42,007 bases of DNA, from the NCBI GenBank assembly GCA_050740975.1, contig JBOIEE010000334.1, positions 1-42,007 of the forward strand, in the 5' to 3' direction. Below are positions 1 through 8,811 of this stretch, one piece after another (within the stretch, counting starts at the first letter, position 1; each line of letters starts with the position of its first letter). The notes under the pieces were generated by a model, which was given only the letters and a program-made list of their open reading frames with translations, made no database searches and was not told where the DNA came from. The position numbers and the translations under genes were made by a program. Source of the stretch: Gammaproteobacteria bacterium. GTDB taxonomy: Bacteria; Pseudomonadota; Gammaproteobacteria; JBOHHR01.

Positions 1-125
1 TTGCACGAGGCCCATGTGCTGGCACGCCAATCCCGATGAGGAAACCACCGACTGGAGAGCCGTGTGCGGGAAAACCGCTCGCACGGTTCGGAGGGCGGGG
101 AGACGCGAGTCTTCCCGACCCCTAT
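1..125 (+). mobile_element. 3' terminus of a group II intron (domain V and domain VI RNA), cut by the window edge
   Basis: 57-89 gagccgtgtgcgggaaaaccgctcgcacggttc folds as a domain-V-type hairpin: AGC triad at the base pairing with GUU, a 2-nt cu bulge on the 3' arm, and a GAAA-type apical loop. 93-121 folds as domain VI (gggcggggagac / gtcttcccg[a]ccc around a GCGA tetraloop), with unpaired A118 as the branch point 7 nt before ..ctat (125). Fold done by eye only. Confidence 0.6.
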
Positions 126-455
126 CGCTTGCAACGCACCGAAGAGGCCGTGCGGGAATTGGCTGAGGCGACCCGCCTCGCGCCGGAGGCGTCACGCTTT
201 GCCTACGTCTACGCTGTGGCGCTTCACTCGACCCCCCGGAAGCGCGAGGCTCTAGAAGTCCTCGATCGGGCGCTTGTCCATCACCCCGGCGAACGCGAGA
301 TGCTCCTTGCGGCAGTGAGCTTCAGCCGGGATATCGGTGATCGCACCGCGGCCTTGAAGTACGCGGAGCGCCTGGCGGCGCAAGCGCCCTGGGATCCGGC
401 TGGCCAGCAGATCCTCCAAGAGCTACGTTCGCACAACTCAAGAAGTGAACGCTGA
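126..455 (+). CDS. TPR-like helical-repeat protein, 3' portion (both ends uncertain)
   Basis: Frame of track ORF 36-455, with helical-repeat-like sequence EAVRELAEATRLAPE..YVYAVAL..ALEVLDRAL..AALKYAERLAAQAP. The frame is open to the window edge. Its first ~90 nt overlie the intron RNA and its last ~30 nt overlie a TA remnant. Confidence 0.35.
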   Translation, partial: RLQRTEEAVRELAEATRLAPEASRFAYVYAVALHSTPRKREALEVLDRALVHHPGEREMLLAAVSFSRDIGDRTAALKYAERLAAQAPWDPAGQQILQELRSHNSRSER

Positions 456-627
456 GTTCCACCCGGAGGCACAGGAAGAATTTACTGAGGCACCCCGTTC
501 TACGATTTGCAACTCTTGGGACTGGGCGAAGGATTTATATCCGAGGTAGAGCGAGTAACAAAGCTGCTTGTGGGAAAGCCCGAGATCGGGACTCGGATTG
601 ATGAGGTTTTTCGCTCCTGATCTATGG
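420..627 (+). pseudogene. Decayed copy of the antitoxin-tail / ParE-RelE toxin junction found intact at 1330-1655
   Basis: Nucleotide similarity to 1335-1560, e.g. ctcaagaagtgaacgctgagttccacccggaggc vs ctcaagaaatgagagctgagttgcacccggaggc, and a shared gagcgagtaacaaagctgcttgtgg. A 1-nt deletion and a ~35-nt internal deletion leave no intact frame. Confidence 0.7.
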
Positions 628-652
628 GCACCCCATCCGATGGGAGTTGTAG

Positions 653-774
653 AGATCCATCAGTGCGATCTGGCTAGGTGGTCAATAAGCGCATCTGTTC
701 AGGATCGCCGCTTGGTGGTCGAACGTGACAGTCTCTATGCAGCCAGCGGCCTGGTGCTTGATGCTGATGAGACG
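653..774 (-). pseudogene. 3' fragment of a PIN-domain toxin gene (repeat copy A of 37925-38046)
   Basis: Minus-strand translation reads ..RLISIKHQAAGCIETVTFDHQAAIL.., matching the C-terminal part of the PIN pseudogene at 37945-38202. The two loci share a perfect 35-mer, ggatcgccgcttggtggtcgaacgtgacagtctct. Confidence 0.6.
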
Positions 775-781
775 TGAGCGG

Positions 782-975
782 TTACCGAACCCTACCCTGT
801 TGGTCAGCGGGCTGGTGGATTAAGCTCGTTCGGTTTGATCTTATGAGGGAGCAGCTCTTTTCGATTTGCGCGACGGCGCTGGCCTTAGGTAGCTCGGTAA
901 AAATGTGGCGTAAGTAGTGATAAGGCTCGAGGCCGTTGGCTTTCGCGGTTTCGATAAGGCTAATAATCAATAAAG
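782..975 (-). mobile_element. IS66-family transposase C-terminal remnant
   Basis: The C-terminus of ORF 782-1129(-) reads SLIETAKANGLEPYHYLRHIFTELPKA..IE, the characteristic IS66 transposase tail. No upstream transposase body or inverted repeats are present. Confidence 0.6.
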
Positions 976-1128
976 TTAAACGATTACTGGTGCTCTCATA
1001 AGGCTCACCGCGGAGGCCGAGGCAGTTCGCGGATGCTTGGGATAAAAGGAAGTCTCGAAACGGGCCAGAGGCTGGTAAGTAGGACAAGAGAGTAGAATAG
1101 GGGGGAGAATAGAATTTGGAGACTTGCA

Positions 1129-1362
1129 ATGGCCTTATCTGTACACGAAATCGAGAAGGAGATTCACGCCTTGAGCACCGAAGACAAAACGACGCTGCTT
1201 CGCGCTCTAATTGCTGATCTGGACGACGAGGTGGATGAAAATATCGAACAATTGTGGCTAGAGGAGGCGCAACGCCGATACCGAGAATTGGAGGAGGGAC
1301 TGGTAAAGGCTGTTCCAGCGGAAGAGGTCTTTAGACGAGCGCGCGCAAAGCTCAAGAAATGA
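1129..1362 (+). CDS. Type II antitoxin, 'putative addiction module component' (TIGR02574-like) family
   Basis: 77 aa with L..EDK..L...L...LD......E..W.EEA.RR..E...G motifs. GGAG lies 9 nt upstream. A 4-nt ATGA overlap joins it to the downstream toxin. Confidence 0.85.
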   Translation: MALSVHEIEKEIHALSTEDKTTLLRALIADLDDEVDENIEQLWLEEAQRRYRELEEGLVKAVPAEEVFRRARAKLKK

Positions 1363-1655
1363 GAGCTGAGTTGCACCCGGAGGCGGAGAAAGAATTCATT
1401 GAGGCATCCCTCTTCTACGATTTGCAACTCCTGGGACTGGGCGAAGGGTTCATATGCGAGATGGAGCGAGTAACAAAGCTGCTTGTGGAAAAACCCGAGA
1501 TCGGGGCGCGGATTGATGAAACTTTTCGCCGAATGCTTTTGAATCGATTTCCGTATTCACTGATCTATAGCCTCGAACCGGAGAGGATCTGGATCGTTGC
1601 GGTAGCCCACCAACGCCGTCGCCCCGGTTATTGGCGCAGTCGAATTGAACGCTAA
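1359..1655 (+). CDS. Type II toxin, RelE/ParE family
   Basis: 98 aa with AE.E..EA..FY.....GLG..F......LL...P..G......R..L..FPYSLIY......I.I.AVAH.RR.P.YW, typical of ParE/RelE plasmid-stabilisation toxins. Translationally coupled to the antitoxin. Confidence 0.85.
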   Translation: MRAELHPEAEKEFIEASLFYDLQLLGLGEGFICEMERVTKLLVEKPEIGARIDETFRRMLLNRFPYSLIYSLEPERIWIVAVAHQRRRPGYWRSRIER

Positions 1656-2023
1656 CTCAACCATCGTAACAACGCTTGCTAAGCGTCTGCTCGATCACGA
1701 TTGGGCCCTCAAACAGGCCAAAGGTCGTGCTCGAGCAGTTCGGCCCTATCCGGCCGAAATAGTCCAGGATGTTCGCTGTCGCATGGCTGGGCGGCAAATC
1801 CGGCGTGGCTGTAGCGAAGGTGGAGCCAACTGGCGTATAGGCCGGCGGCATTTTGCCATCGGTCTGCATGTTCGCGGCGTTCCCGGCTTGCGCTAGGTAC
1901 GTGTAGCGGCCCCTTTTTCGTTCGGGAGTTTTTCGGGACGTGGTGATACGGCTTTGCCCCGACTTGAATCCCAGAACTGCTAAGACTATAGTCATTACTA
2001 TGGTCATGATTAAAGGTGTCTCG

Positions 2024-2251
2024 ATGGAAAAAATCAAAGCATCGGAGTTTAAGGCAAAGTGCCTTAAGTTGATGGATGAAGTGGCTGAGACAGGTCGGTC
2101 CGTGGTCATCACCAAAAACGGGCGAGCGGTTGCGCAGCTTGGACCGGTTATCTCCCGTCCCCGTACACTGACAGGGGCTCATAAGGGCAAGATCCATATC
2201 GCGAGGGACATTCTCGCGCCCATCGCAGAGCAGTGGGAAGCTCAGAGCTGA
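2024..2251 (+). CDS. Type II antitoxin, Phd/YefM family
   Basis: MEKIKASEFKAKCLKLMDEVAETGRSVVITKNGRAVAQL is a typical Phd/YefM N-terminus. I chose the ATG at 2024 rather than the track start at 1940. It overlaps the downstream PIN toxin gene. Confidence 0.8.
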   Translation: MEKIKASEFKAKCLKLMDEVAETGRSVVITKNGRAVAQLGPVISRPRTLTGAHKGKIHIARDILAPIAEQWEAQS

Positions 2252-2649
2252 TCCTATTAGATACCCACGCGCTGTTATGGCTGGACCTGGACAACCCTGC
2301 GCTTGGGCCGAAGGCACGGGAGCACGCCGACACGGCGCTACAGCAAGGGAGTCTCACTGTTTCCGCTATCTCGTTTTGGGAGGTCGCGATGCTCGCCTTG
2401 AAGGGCCGCATCGTGATGGAGATACCGCCGGCGAGCTGGTGTCGAGATCTACTGAATTCAGGGCTCACCGAGCTCCCGGTGGATGGCGAAACGGGGATTT
2501 TGGCAACGAGCCTTAGGGACTTCCACAGCGATCCCGCCGATCGGCTGATCCTCGCTGCCGCGATCGTCAAACGAGCGGCCCTGATCACGGCCGATGAGCG
2601 CATCCTCAGCTGGCCGCACAAGCTCGAACGACTGGATGCTCGAGTGTAG
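2233..2649 (+). CDS. vapC: Type II toxin, PIN-domain VapC
   Basis: LLDTHALLW..(Asp)...SAISFWEVA....DPADRLI.AAA......LITAD..I shows the conserved PIN acidic residues. GTG start, 19-nt overlap with the antitoxin. Confidence 0.85.
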   Translation: MGSSELILLDTHALLWLDLDNPALGPKAREHADTALQQGSLTVSAISFWEVAMLALKGRIVMEIPPASWCRDLLNSGLTELPVDGETGILATSLRDFHSDPADRLILAAAIVKRAALITADERILSWPHKLERLDARV

Positions 2650-2677
2650 CGGTAGCGCGATCGCACGCTATGGTGCG

Positions 2678-3613
2678 TTAAGGCGGCGCCGGTTGCAGCT
2701 CCGCTAATAGGACATCAGCTCCTTGAGAGAGCAGCTTTTCGGCAAGCCGCGTCCCCAGCTCTTCAGCGTGTTCAGGTGGGCCGCAGATCGCATCGCGCAG
2801 GATCCTCGTACCGTCTATGCTACCGACCAGTGCGCGCAGCCGCAGCTCGCCGTGAAGGATCTCGGCATGTCCGGCGATTGGCACCTGGCAACCGCCAAAC
2901 AGGCGGCGGTTGAGCGCCCGCTCCGCACCCACGCAAACCCGGCTGCGAGGGTCGTCCAGGGGTGTGATAAGCTGGATTAGATCCTCAGCTCCCTCGCGGC
3001 ACTCGATGCCGATCGCGCCCTGCCCGATGGCAGGAAGGAGGAGATCGGAATCGAGGTACGCTCGTATGCGTGCTGCTAAGCCTAAGCGCTTTAATCCGGC
3101 TGCGGCGAGTATAATGGCGTCGAACTGCCCCTCGTCCAGCTTGCGCAAACGGGTACCGACGTTGCCGCGCAAGCTTTGGAGCTTAAGATCGGGGCGAATC
3201 GCGCGTAGCTGGCATTGCCGGCGCAAGCTGGACGTGCCAACGAGCGCCGAGTGAGGCAGAGTCTGCAAGTCATCGTGGTGTTGAGAGACAAATGCATCAC
3301 GTGGGTCTTCGCGCGCGAGCACCACGGGTATGACCAGGCCTTGGGGTAAATCCACGGAGACGTCTTTCATGGAGTGCACGGCCAGATCGGCCGCCCCGCA
3401 AAGCAAGCGTTCTTCCAGCTCTTTGACGAATAAGCCTTTGCCCCCTACCGTCGCCAGGGACGCATCGAGGAGCTTATCCCCACTGGTATGGACAGCGACC
3501 AGCTCGATGGAGAGGCTTGGGTGCAAAGCGCCCAGTCGGGATTGAACAAAACGCGCTTGCCATAATGCGAGGGGGCTCTTGCGGGTGACGATGCGCAGGG
3601 GCGAAGAGATCAT
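2678..3613 (-). CDS. hemC: Hydroxymethylbilane synthase (porphobilinogen deaminase)
   Basis: RIVTRKSPLALWQA..V...L.......EL......GD......L...GGKGLFVKELE..LL.G.ADLAVHSMKD over 311 aa, full-length hemC-like. Confidence 0.95.
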   Translation of the reverse strand: MISSPLRIVTRKSPLALWQARFVQSRLGALHPSLSIELVAVHTSGDKLLDASLATVGGKGLFVKELEERLLCGAADLAVHSMKDVSVDLPQGLVIPVVLAREDPRDAFVSQHHDDLQTLPHSALVGTSSLRRQCQLRAIRPDLKLQSLRGNVGTRLRKLDEGQFDAIILAAAGLKRLGLAARIRAYLDSDLLLPAIGQGAIGIECREGAEDLIQLITPLDDPRSRVCVGAERALNRRLFGGCQVPIAGHAEILHGELRLRALVGSIDGTRILRDAICGPPEHAEELGTRLAEKLLSQGADVLLAELQPAPP

Positions 3614-3627
3614 GGGCTTCGGGTACG

Positions 3628-3916
3628 CTTAGAGCTTGTGAAAAAATCTACTGCGCTCGGAACCTCGCGTTCCGGCGGTGCTCGGACCAATCCGCCGGGA
3701 GCGGATTGGGAACGCAACAGGCGGCCCGCAGGGTGCGCGCCAGGGATGGTGCGCAACAATCCTCATGTATTTCAGTATACACTCCGGTTGCTCGTCTCAT
3801 CCTTGAGACTCGCCCCTGCGAGGCTTGCACGCCGTTTCGTTCCCGACGAAACGGTCCTGCGCGCCGGCGGAACGCGACTTTCCTTCGCTCGCGACGATTT
3901 TTTCACAAGCTCTTAG
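3628..3916. repeat. ~290-bp element bounded by terminal inverted repeats (MITE-like / long imperfect hairpin)
   Basis: agagcttgtgaaaaaatc (3631-3648) is the perfect 18-bp reverse complement of gattttttcacaagctct (3896-3913). Further imperfect complementarity inside (cgcgttccggcgg.. / ..ccgccggcggaacgcg). Lies in the hemC-gshB divergent intergenic region. Confidence 0.5.
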
Positions 3917-3948
3917 GGGCGTTCGGCGTTAGCACGGTGGTCTTTAGG

Positions 3949-4117
3949 CTAGGAGCCTGTCGGACTTAGGGAACCGTAGCGAGGCGCGTGGAAAATCGAG
4001 GGCAGATTTTCGATCATTTGAGGCGAATAGTGGTAACTATTTAACAAAAATGATCGGAAATATGGACCGATTTCCCACCGCCGCAGTAGGTTCTTCCTAA
4101 GTCCGACAGGCTCCTAG
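3949..4117. repeat. ~170-bp element bounded by perfect 22-bp terminal inverted repeats (MITE-like hairpin)
   Basis: ctaggagcctgtcggacttagg (3949-3970) vs cctaagtccgacaggctcctag (4096-4117). Inner arms are also complementary (ggaaaatcg../..cgatttcc, gatcattt/aaatgatc), so the whole unit can fold as one long hairpin. Confidence 0.6.
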
Positions 4118-4159
4118 GCTCGCGCAATGACTTTTGCCCTCTAGATTGGATAACCCAAG

Positions 4160-5122
4160 GTGGAAATCAAGCTTGGTATCGTGATGGATCCCATCAGTGG
4201 GATCAATATCAAGAAAGACAGTAGCTTTGCCATGCTGCTGGCGGCGCAGGCGAGAGGCTGGGCGATCGGCTACCTGGAGCTGGGCGACTTGTTTTTGCGT
4301 GACGGTCGCCCTTTTGGGCATTCTCGCGCGTTACGCGTGCAAGACCATGCGCCGCAATGGTTTCAGTTTAGCGGGGAAGAAACCATACCCTTGACCCAGT
4401 TCCCGGTGCTCTTGATGCGCAAAGACCCCCCCTTCGATATGGAGTACATGTATGCCACCTACTTGCTAGAGCTGGCGCAAGCTCAGGGCACCTTGGTGGT
4501 CAATGAACCGCGTAGTCTGCGCGATGCCAACGAGAAGCTGTTTTCGGCCTGGTTTCCGCAATGCAGTCCGCCGAGCCTAGTGACGCGCAACGCCGAACGC
4601 ATAAAAGAGTTTCTGGGGCAATATGCCGATATCATTCTCAAACCGCTGGATGGTATGGGAGGGGCTTCGATCTTTCGCCTGCGGGCGGGCGATCCGAACC
4701 TCAACGTCATCATCGAGACGCTCACCCAGCATGGCCGGCGTTTCACCCTGGCTCAGCGCTTTATCCCAGAGATAGCCGAGGGCGACAAGCGCATCTTGCT
4801 CATCGATGGGGATCCCGTGCCCTACGCCTTAGCGCGTATCCCCGCTCCGGGTGAGACGCGGGGCAACCTAGCCACCGGCGGAAGCGGCCGCGGCGTCCCG
4901 CTAAGCCAGAGGGATCGATGGATCTGCAATCAAGTGGGCCCCACTCTACGCAAAAAAGGGCTGCTGTTTGTGGGGCTGGATGTGATTGGAGATCACCTGA
5001 CCGAGATCAATGTCACCAGTCCGACCTGTATCCGAGAGCTAGACGCTATCTACGGTTTGGACATCGCCTCTCAGCTCCTCAACGCCATCGAACGGCGCCT
5101 GCATGCAGTGCATCGCCTGTAG
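4160..5122 (+). CDS. gshB: Glutathione synthetase (ATP-grasp)
   Basis: KLGIVMDPI..IN.KKDSSFAML.AQ.RGW......DL........; ..ILKPLDGMGG.SIFR; GETRGNLA.GG over 320 aa, gshB-like. GTG start. Confidence 0.95.
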   Translation: MEIKLGIVMDPISGINIKKDSSFAMLLAAQARGWAIGYLELGDLFLRDGRPFGHSRALRVQDHAPQWFQFSGEETIPLTQFPVLLMRKDPPFDMEYMYATYLLELAQAQGTLVVNEPRSLRDANEKLFSAWFPQCSPPSLVTRNAERIKEFLGQYADIILKPLDGMGGASIFRLRAGDPNLNVIIETLTQHGRRFTLAQRFIPEIAEGDKRILLIDGDPVPYALARIPAPGETRGNLATGGSGRGVPLSQRDRWICNQVGPTLRKKGLLFVGLDVIGDHLTEINVTSPTCIRELDAIYGLDIASQLLNAIERRLHAVHRL

Positions 5123-5341
5123 ATTGACTATACTCGCGCGTTTCCATGCGGTAAGCTCCTGAATCGGTCTACCGGTGGGCGGGGGAGGTCAGTCATGCGG
5201 TAGAGATAAAAACTCGAAGAAGCGCGCATACTTTGCTAATTTTAGACTACTGTTCCAGGAACGCTCATCAGAATTGACTGCTGTTGAATTAAGCCTGACT
5301 AGAGTCCTAACGCGCAAACCCGCTATCCGGGTAAAGGACGA

Positions 5342-6313
5342 TTGGGATCTGTGAGAGACTCCGGCGATAGGTTAGCCTTGGCGCTCTGCGCGGCCGTTCT
5401 GGCGCACAGCGGCGTTATTCTCGGTGTGGGCTTCTCCAAGGAGGATAGGTCGTTGCCCCAATCCCAGTCGCTGGAAGTCATTCTGGTCCAAAGCCGCACC
5501 CAAGAGGCGCCTGAGGAACCGGATTATCTAGCGCAAACAAATTTGCAAGGAGGCGGGGACGTCGCGCACAAGGAAAGCCCTTCCACACCCTTGCTCTCAC
5601 CTTTCCCGGAGCAGGAGCCTGTAATTGCTACTACCCTGGCCGACGAGCAGCCGCAGGAGCAGGTGGCCAAGCCGGCAAGGGAGCCTGCGAAAACCCGGGG
5701 ATCCGGTATGGGCGAAGTGGAAAAGAACCATCGAGAGCAGCTGGATAAACTGATGCTTGAGCAGCCGGCCGTGTTCGACGCTCCACTTGATCGGGAAAAA
5801 CCAGTTGCGCATCCACAGCCAGCGACACAGTCTGTGGCGGGCAGGGACACTAAGTCGCCGCCGCTACCCAGCGCCGCCCTGTTGATGCAGAACGCCCTGG
5901 CGATGGCGAGCTTGAATGCCGAGATCGATCAGCGGCTTTCCATCCACGCCAAGGCGCCGCGGCGCAAATTCATCTCCGCTAGCACCCGCGAGTATAAGTA
6001 TGCGGCCTATATGGAGGCGTGGCGGGCTAAAGTCGAACGCGTGGGTAACTTGAACTATCCGGACGAGGCGCGCGCGCGCAAGCTCGCGGGTAGCCTGATC
6101 TTGGATGTGGGCTTGCGGTCGGATGGCCGGGTAGTGGAAATGACCCTGCGCCGTTCCTCTGGAGAGCCTATCCTGGACCAGGCGGCGATGCGTATCGTGG
6201 AGCTGGCTTCCCCGTTTTCGCCCTTTCCCGATGATATCCGCGGCGAGGTAGATGTGCTCCATATCACGCGTACTTGGCAGTTCCTATACAGCCAGCGTTT
6301 CGCAAGCAAATAA
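5342..6313 (+). CDS. TonB-family energy transducer (C-terminal TonB domain)
   Basis: N-terminal membrane anchor LALALCAAVLAHSGVILGV, a Pro/Glu-rich spacer, and a C-terminal YP..A+...G.......V...G.V......SSG...LD.AA...V domain. Start ambiguous (TTG 5342 or GTG 5351). Confidence 0.8.
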   Translation: MGSVRDSGDRLALALCAAVLAHSGVILGVGFSKEDRSLPQSQSLEVILVQSRTQEAPEEPDYLAQTNLQGGGDVAHKESPSTPLLSPFPEQEPVIATTLADEQPQEQVAKPAREPAKTRGSGMGEVEKNHREQLDKLMLEQPAVFDAPLDREKPVAHPQPATQSVAGRDTKSPPLPSAALLMQNALAMASLNAEIDQRLSIHAKAPRRKFISASTREYKYAAYMEAWRAKVERVGNLNYPDEARARKLAGSLILDVGLRSDGRVVEMTLRRSSGEPILDQAAMRIVELASPFSPFPDDIRGEVDVLHITRTWQFLYSQRFASK

Positions 6314-6378
6314 CGCTGCTAATAGTGGCTCGTTTTATGGTAGTGTTTAATGTCAGGCACTAAATTCCCGGAGCCGCC

Positions 6379-6930
6379 ATGAACCTAACCAATCATTTCC
6401 TCATCGCAATGCCCAGTCTTGCCGATCCGAATTTTTATCAGACGGTAACCTATATTTGCGCGCATGATGCAGAGGGTGCTATGGGAATCGTGATCAATAG
6501 GCCCATGCCCTTTGGGTTGGGGGCTATCCTATCCCAGATGGATCTGGAATCAAACGACGCCAGAGTAAATGATACGACCATTTTCCAAGGCGGTCCCGTG
6601 CAGCAAGAGCGCGGTTTCATCATCCACCGACCGGTGAAGGATTGGGAATCGACGATCAAGGTCACCGAAGAGATCGGTGTGGGTACCTCACGCGACATCC
6701 TAGAAGCGATATCTCGGGGTACTGGGCCGACACAAATCCTGATCGCTTTGGGTTACGCCGGCTGGGGCGCCGGGCAGCTGGAGCGGGAGATGGGCGAGAA
6801 TGCGTGGCTTAGTGGTCCAGCCGATCTGGATGTCCTGTTCCAGGAGCCGGCCGAGCTGCGCTGGCAAAAGGCGGTAACGCTGCTCGGAGTCGATCTCCGG
6901 CAGTTATCGTCTTATGCGGGTCATGCTTAA
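6379..6930 (+). CDS. yqgE: YqgE/AlgH family protein (UPF0301)
   Basis: NHFLIAMPSLADPNF..TV.YICEH...GAMGIVINRP.......GGPV......F.IH is the YqgE/AlgH signature. Conserved position before ruvX. Confidence 0.9.
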   Translation: MNLTNHFLIAMPSLADPNFYQTVTYICAHDAEGAMGIVINRPMPFGLGAILSQMDLESNDARVNDTTIFQGGPVQQERGFIIHRPVKDWESTIKVTEEIGVGTSRDILEAISRGTGPTQILIALGYAGWGAGQLEREMGENAWLSGPADLDVLFQEPAELRWQKAVTLLGVDLRQLSSYAGHA

Positions 6931-6932
6931 GG

Positions 6933-7349
6933 GTGACCGTTCTCGGTTTCGATTTCGGTGAGAGGCGGATCGGCGTTGCCGTAGGCCATACCCTAACCGG
7001 TACGGCCGGCGCCCTACAATGCCTGCATGCCCGGGCTAGGGATCCGGATTGGGTAGCCATTAGCCAGCTCATTGCTTGCTGGCAGCCGGAGGCCTTGGTC
7101 GTCGGTATTCCGGTTAATTGTGATGGATCGGAACACCGGTTTGCGGGGTGCGTGGCGCGCTTCTGCCGGCAATTGCAGGGTCGTTTTGGCCTCCCCGTAC
7201 ATACCATAGACGAAACTCTTTCCTCCGTAGAAGCCAACCGCCACCCGCAAGCAGTAAAGCAGCGTGGTTTGGACGCCGTCGCCGCACAGCTCATCCTGGA
7301 GTCGTGGCTCAACGAACGCTCACGCTATGATGAACCTCGACAGCGGTGA
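6933..7349 (+). CDS. ruvX: Holliday-junction-resolvase-like putative pre-16S rRNA nuclease YqgF/RuvX
   Basis: [16 protein letters not shown]-terminus, 138 aa, synteny with yqgE and pyrR. Confidence 0.9.
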   Translation: MTVLGFDFGERRIGVAVGHTLTGTAGALQCLHARARDPDWVAISQLIACWQPEALVVGIPVNCDGSEHRFAGCVARFCRQLQGRFGLPVHTIDETLSSVEANRHPQAVKQRGLDAVAAQLILESWLNERSRYDEPRQR

Positions 7350-7839
7350 AATCGGCTCGCTCCTGGAGCGCATGGCGCAAGGTCTGACCGAGACCTTGGC
7401 CGGTAGAGGGCATGTCGATCCGCTAGTGGTCGGTATTCACACCGGGGGGGTGTGGATCGCGCAATGCTTGCGGGAGGGACTCGGTGTTCCCGAGCCGCTG
7501 GGCAGCTTAAACATTGCGTTTTATCGTGATGACTTTAGCCGCCTCGGTATGCATCCGAGCGTCAAACCGTCCCATTTGCCGTTCGATATCGATGGGCGCC
7601 ATGTGATCTTGGTGGATGACATCCTCTACACCGGCCGGACGGTACGCGCCGCGCTCAACGAGATCTTTGACTATGGCCGCCCGGCCAGCGTCACCCTTGC
7701 GGTTTTAGTCGATCGTTGCCAGCGGGAGTTGCCCATCAGGGCCGATGTTGTAGGTACTACCCTAGCGCTTGCGCACGGGGAGCACATCAAGCTCAGCGGC
7801 CCGCATCCCTTGCGATTGATCACCCACAAGGCGGTATGA
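7327..7839 (+). CDS. pyrR: Bifunctional pyr operon regulator / uracil phosphoribosyltransferase PyrR
   Basis: PRPP-binding motif [18 protein letters not shown] and a GI.TGG.W.A N-terminal part. I chose the ATG at 7327 (track ORF starts at 7264). The stop overlaps the pyrB start (ATGA at 7836-7839). Confidence 0.9.
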   Translation: MMNLDSGEIGSLLERMAQGLTETLAGRGHVDPLVVGIHTGGVWIAQCLREGLGVPEPLGSLNIAFYRDDFSRLGMHPSVKPSHLPFDIDGRHVILVDDILYTGRTVRAALNEIFDYGRPASVTLAVLVDRCQRELPIRADVVGTTLALAHGEHIKLSGPHPLRLITHKAV

Positions 7840-8810
7840 CGGGATCGAATATCCAGCTTGATGGGCAGGGGCATCTCAAACATTTTTTGAGTATTGAAGG
7901 GCTTCCCCGGGAACTGCTGCTCGAGATCCTAACCACCGCCGAAGGCTTTGCGCCGGTCGGGAGGAGGCCGGTTAAGAAAGTCCCGCTGCTGCGCGGCAAG
8001 ACGATTGTCAATCTCTTCTTCGAGCCCAGTACCCGCACCCGCATCACCTTCGAGCTGGCCGCGAAACGGCTCTCCGCCGATGTCTTGACGCTCAACGTCG
8101 GCGACTCGTCCACCAGCAAGGGTGAGTCGTTGCTGGATACACTGCGCAACTTGGAGGCGATGCACTGCGATATGTTCGTGATCCGCCACGAGTGCAGTGG
8201 TGCGGCGCACTTTATTGCTAGCCACGTTTGCTCTGAGGTACGGGTTATTAATGCGGGCGACGGCCGCCATGCCCATCCCACTCAAGCGATGCTGGATATG
8301 TTCACCATCGGTCGCGCGAAAGGGGATTTTGGCGCGTTGTGCGTGGCGATTGTGGGGGATATCGCGCATTCGCGGGTGGCGCGCTCCAACATGCACGCTC
8401 TTAGAACTTTGGGAGCGCGTGAGGTGCGGGTCATTGGCCCGAGGACTCTGATCCCTCCCGAGATAGAAACTCTGGGGGTGCGCGTTTATCACGATCTTAA
8501 GTCCGGATTGCAGGATGTGGATGCGATCATCATGCTGCGGCTGCAAAATGAACGCATGCAGGGGGCTCTGCTGCCCAGTGCGCGCGAATTCTTTGAGCTC
8601 TATGGGCTGACGGAGGAGCGGCTGGCGGTGGCCAAGCCGGACGCCATCGTTTTGCACCCTGGACCCATCAATCGCGGTGTAGAGATCGACTCCCAGGTCG
8701 CTAACGGCCCGCGCTCGGTGATCCTGGACCAGGTGAGCTATGGCATCGCGGTACGCATGGCGGTTATGTCCATGGTGATGAGCAGCGCGGCTAAACCGGA
8801 GCCGCGCTGA
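7836..8810 (+). CDS. pyrB: Aspartate carbamoyltransferase catalytic subunit
   Basis: [14 protein letters not shown] and HPGP motifs. Internal ATG at 7836 of track ORF 7716-8810. Confidence 0.95.
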   Translation: MTGSNIQLDGQGHLKHFLSIEGLPRELLLEILTTAEGFAPVGRRPVKKVPLLRGKTIVNLFFEPSTRTRITFELAAKRLSADVLTLNVGDSSTSKGESLLDTLRNLEAMHCDMFVIRHECSGAAHFIASHVCSEVRVINAGDGRHAHPTQAMLDMFTIGRAKGDFGALCVAIVGDIAHSRVARSNMHALRTLGAREVRVIGPRTLIPPEIETLGVRVYHDLKSGLQDVDAIIMLRLQNERMQGALLPSAREFFELYGLTEERLAVAKPDAIVLHPGPINRGVEIDSQVANGPRSVILDQVSYGIAVRMAVMSMVMSSAAKPEPR

Positions 8811-8811
8811 G

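Noticed and set aside
36-125. N-terminal part of track ORF 36-455 (MRKPPTGEPCAGKPLARFGGRGDASLPDPY)
   Set aside because: These bases fold as group II intron domains V and VI. The peptide is most likely a read-through artefact, so I start the TPR-like CDS after 125.
1657-2317. Minus-strand ORFs of 152 and 202 aa across the ParE-Phd interval
   Set aside because: They overlap the well-supported Phd/VapC genes in antisense, have no recognisable motifs, and are of the kind expected by chance in GC-rich DNA.
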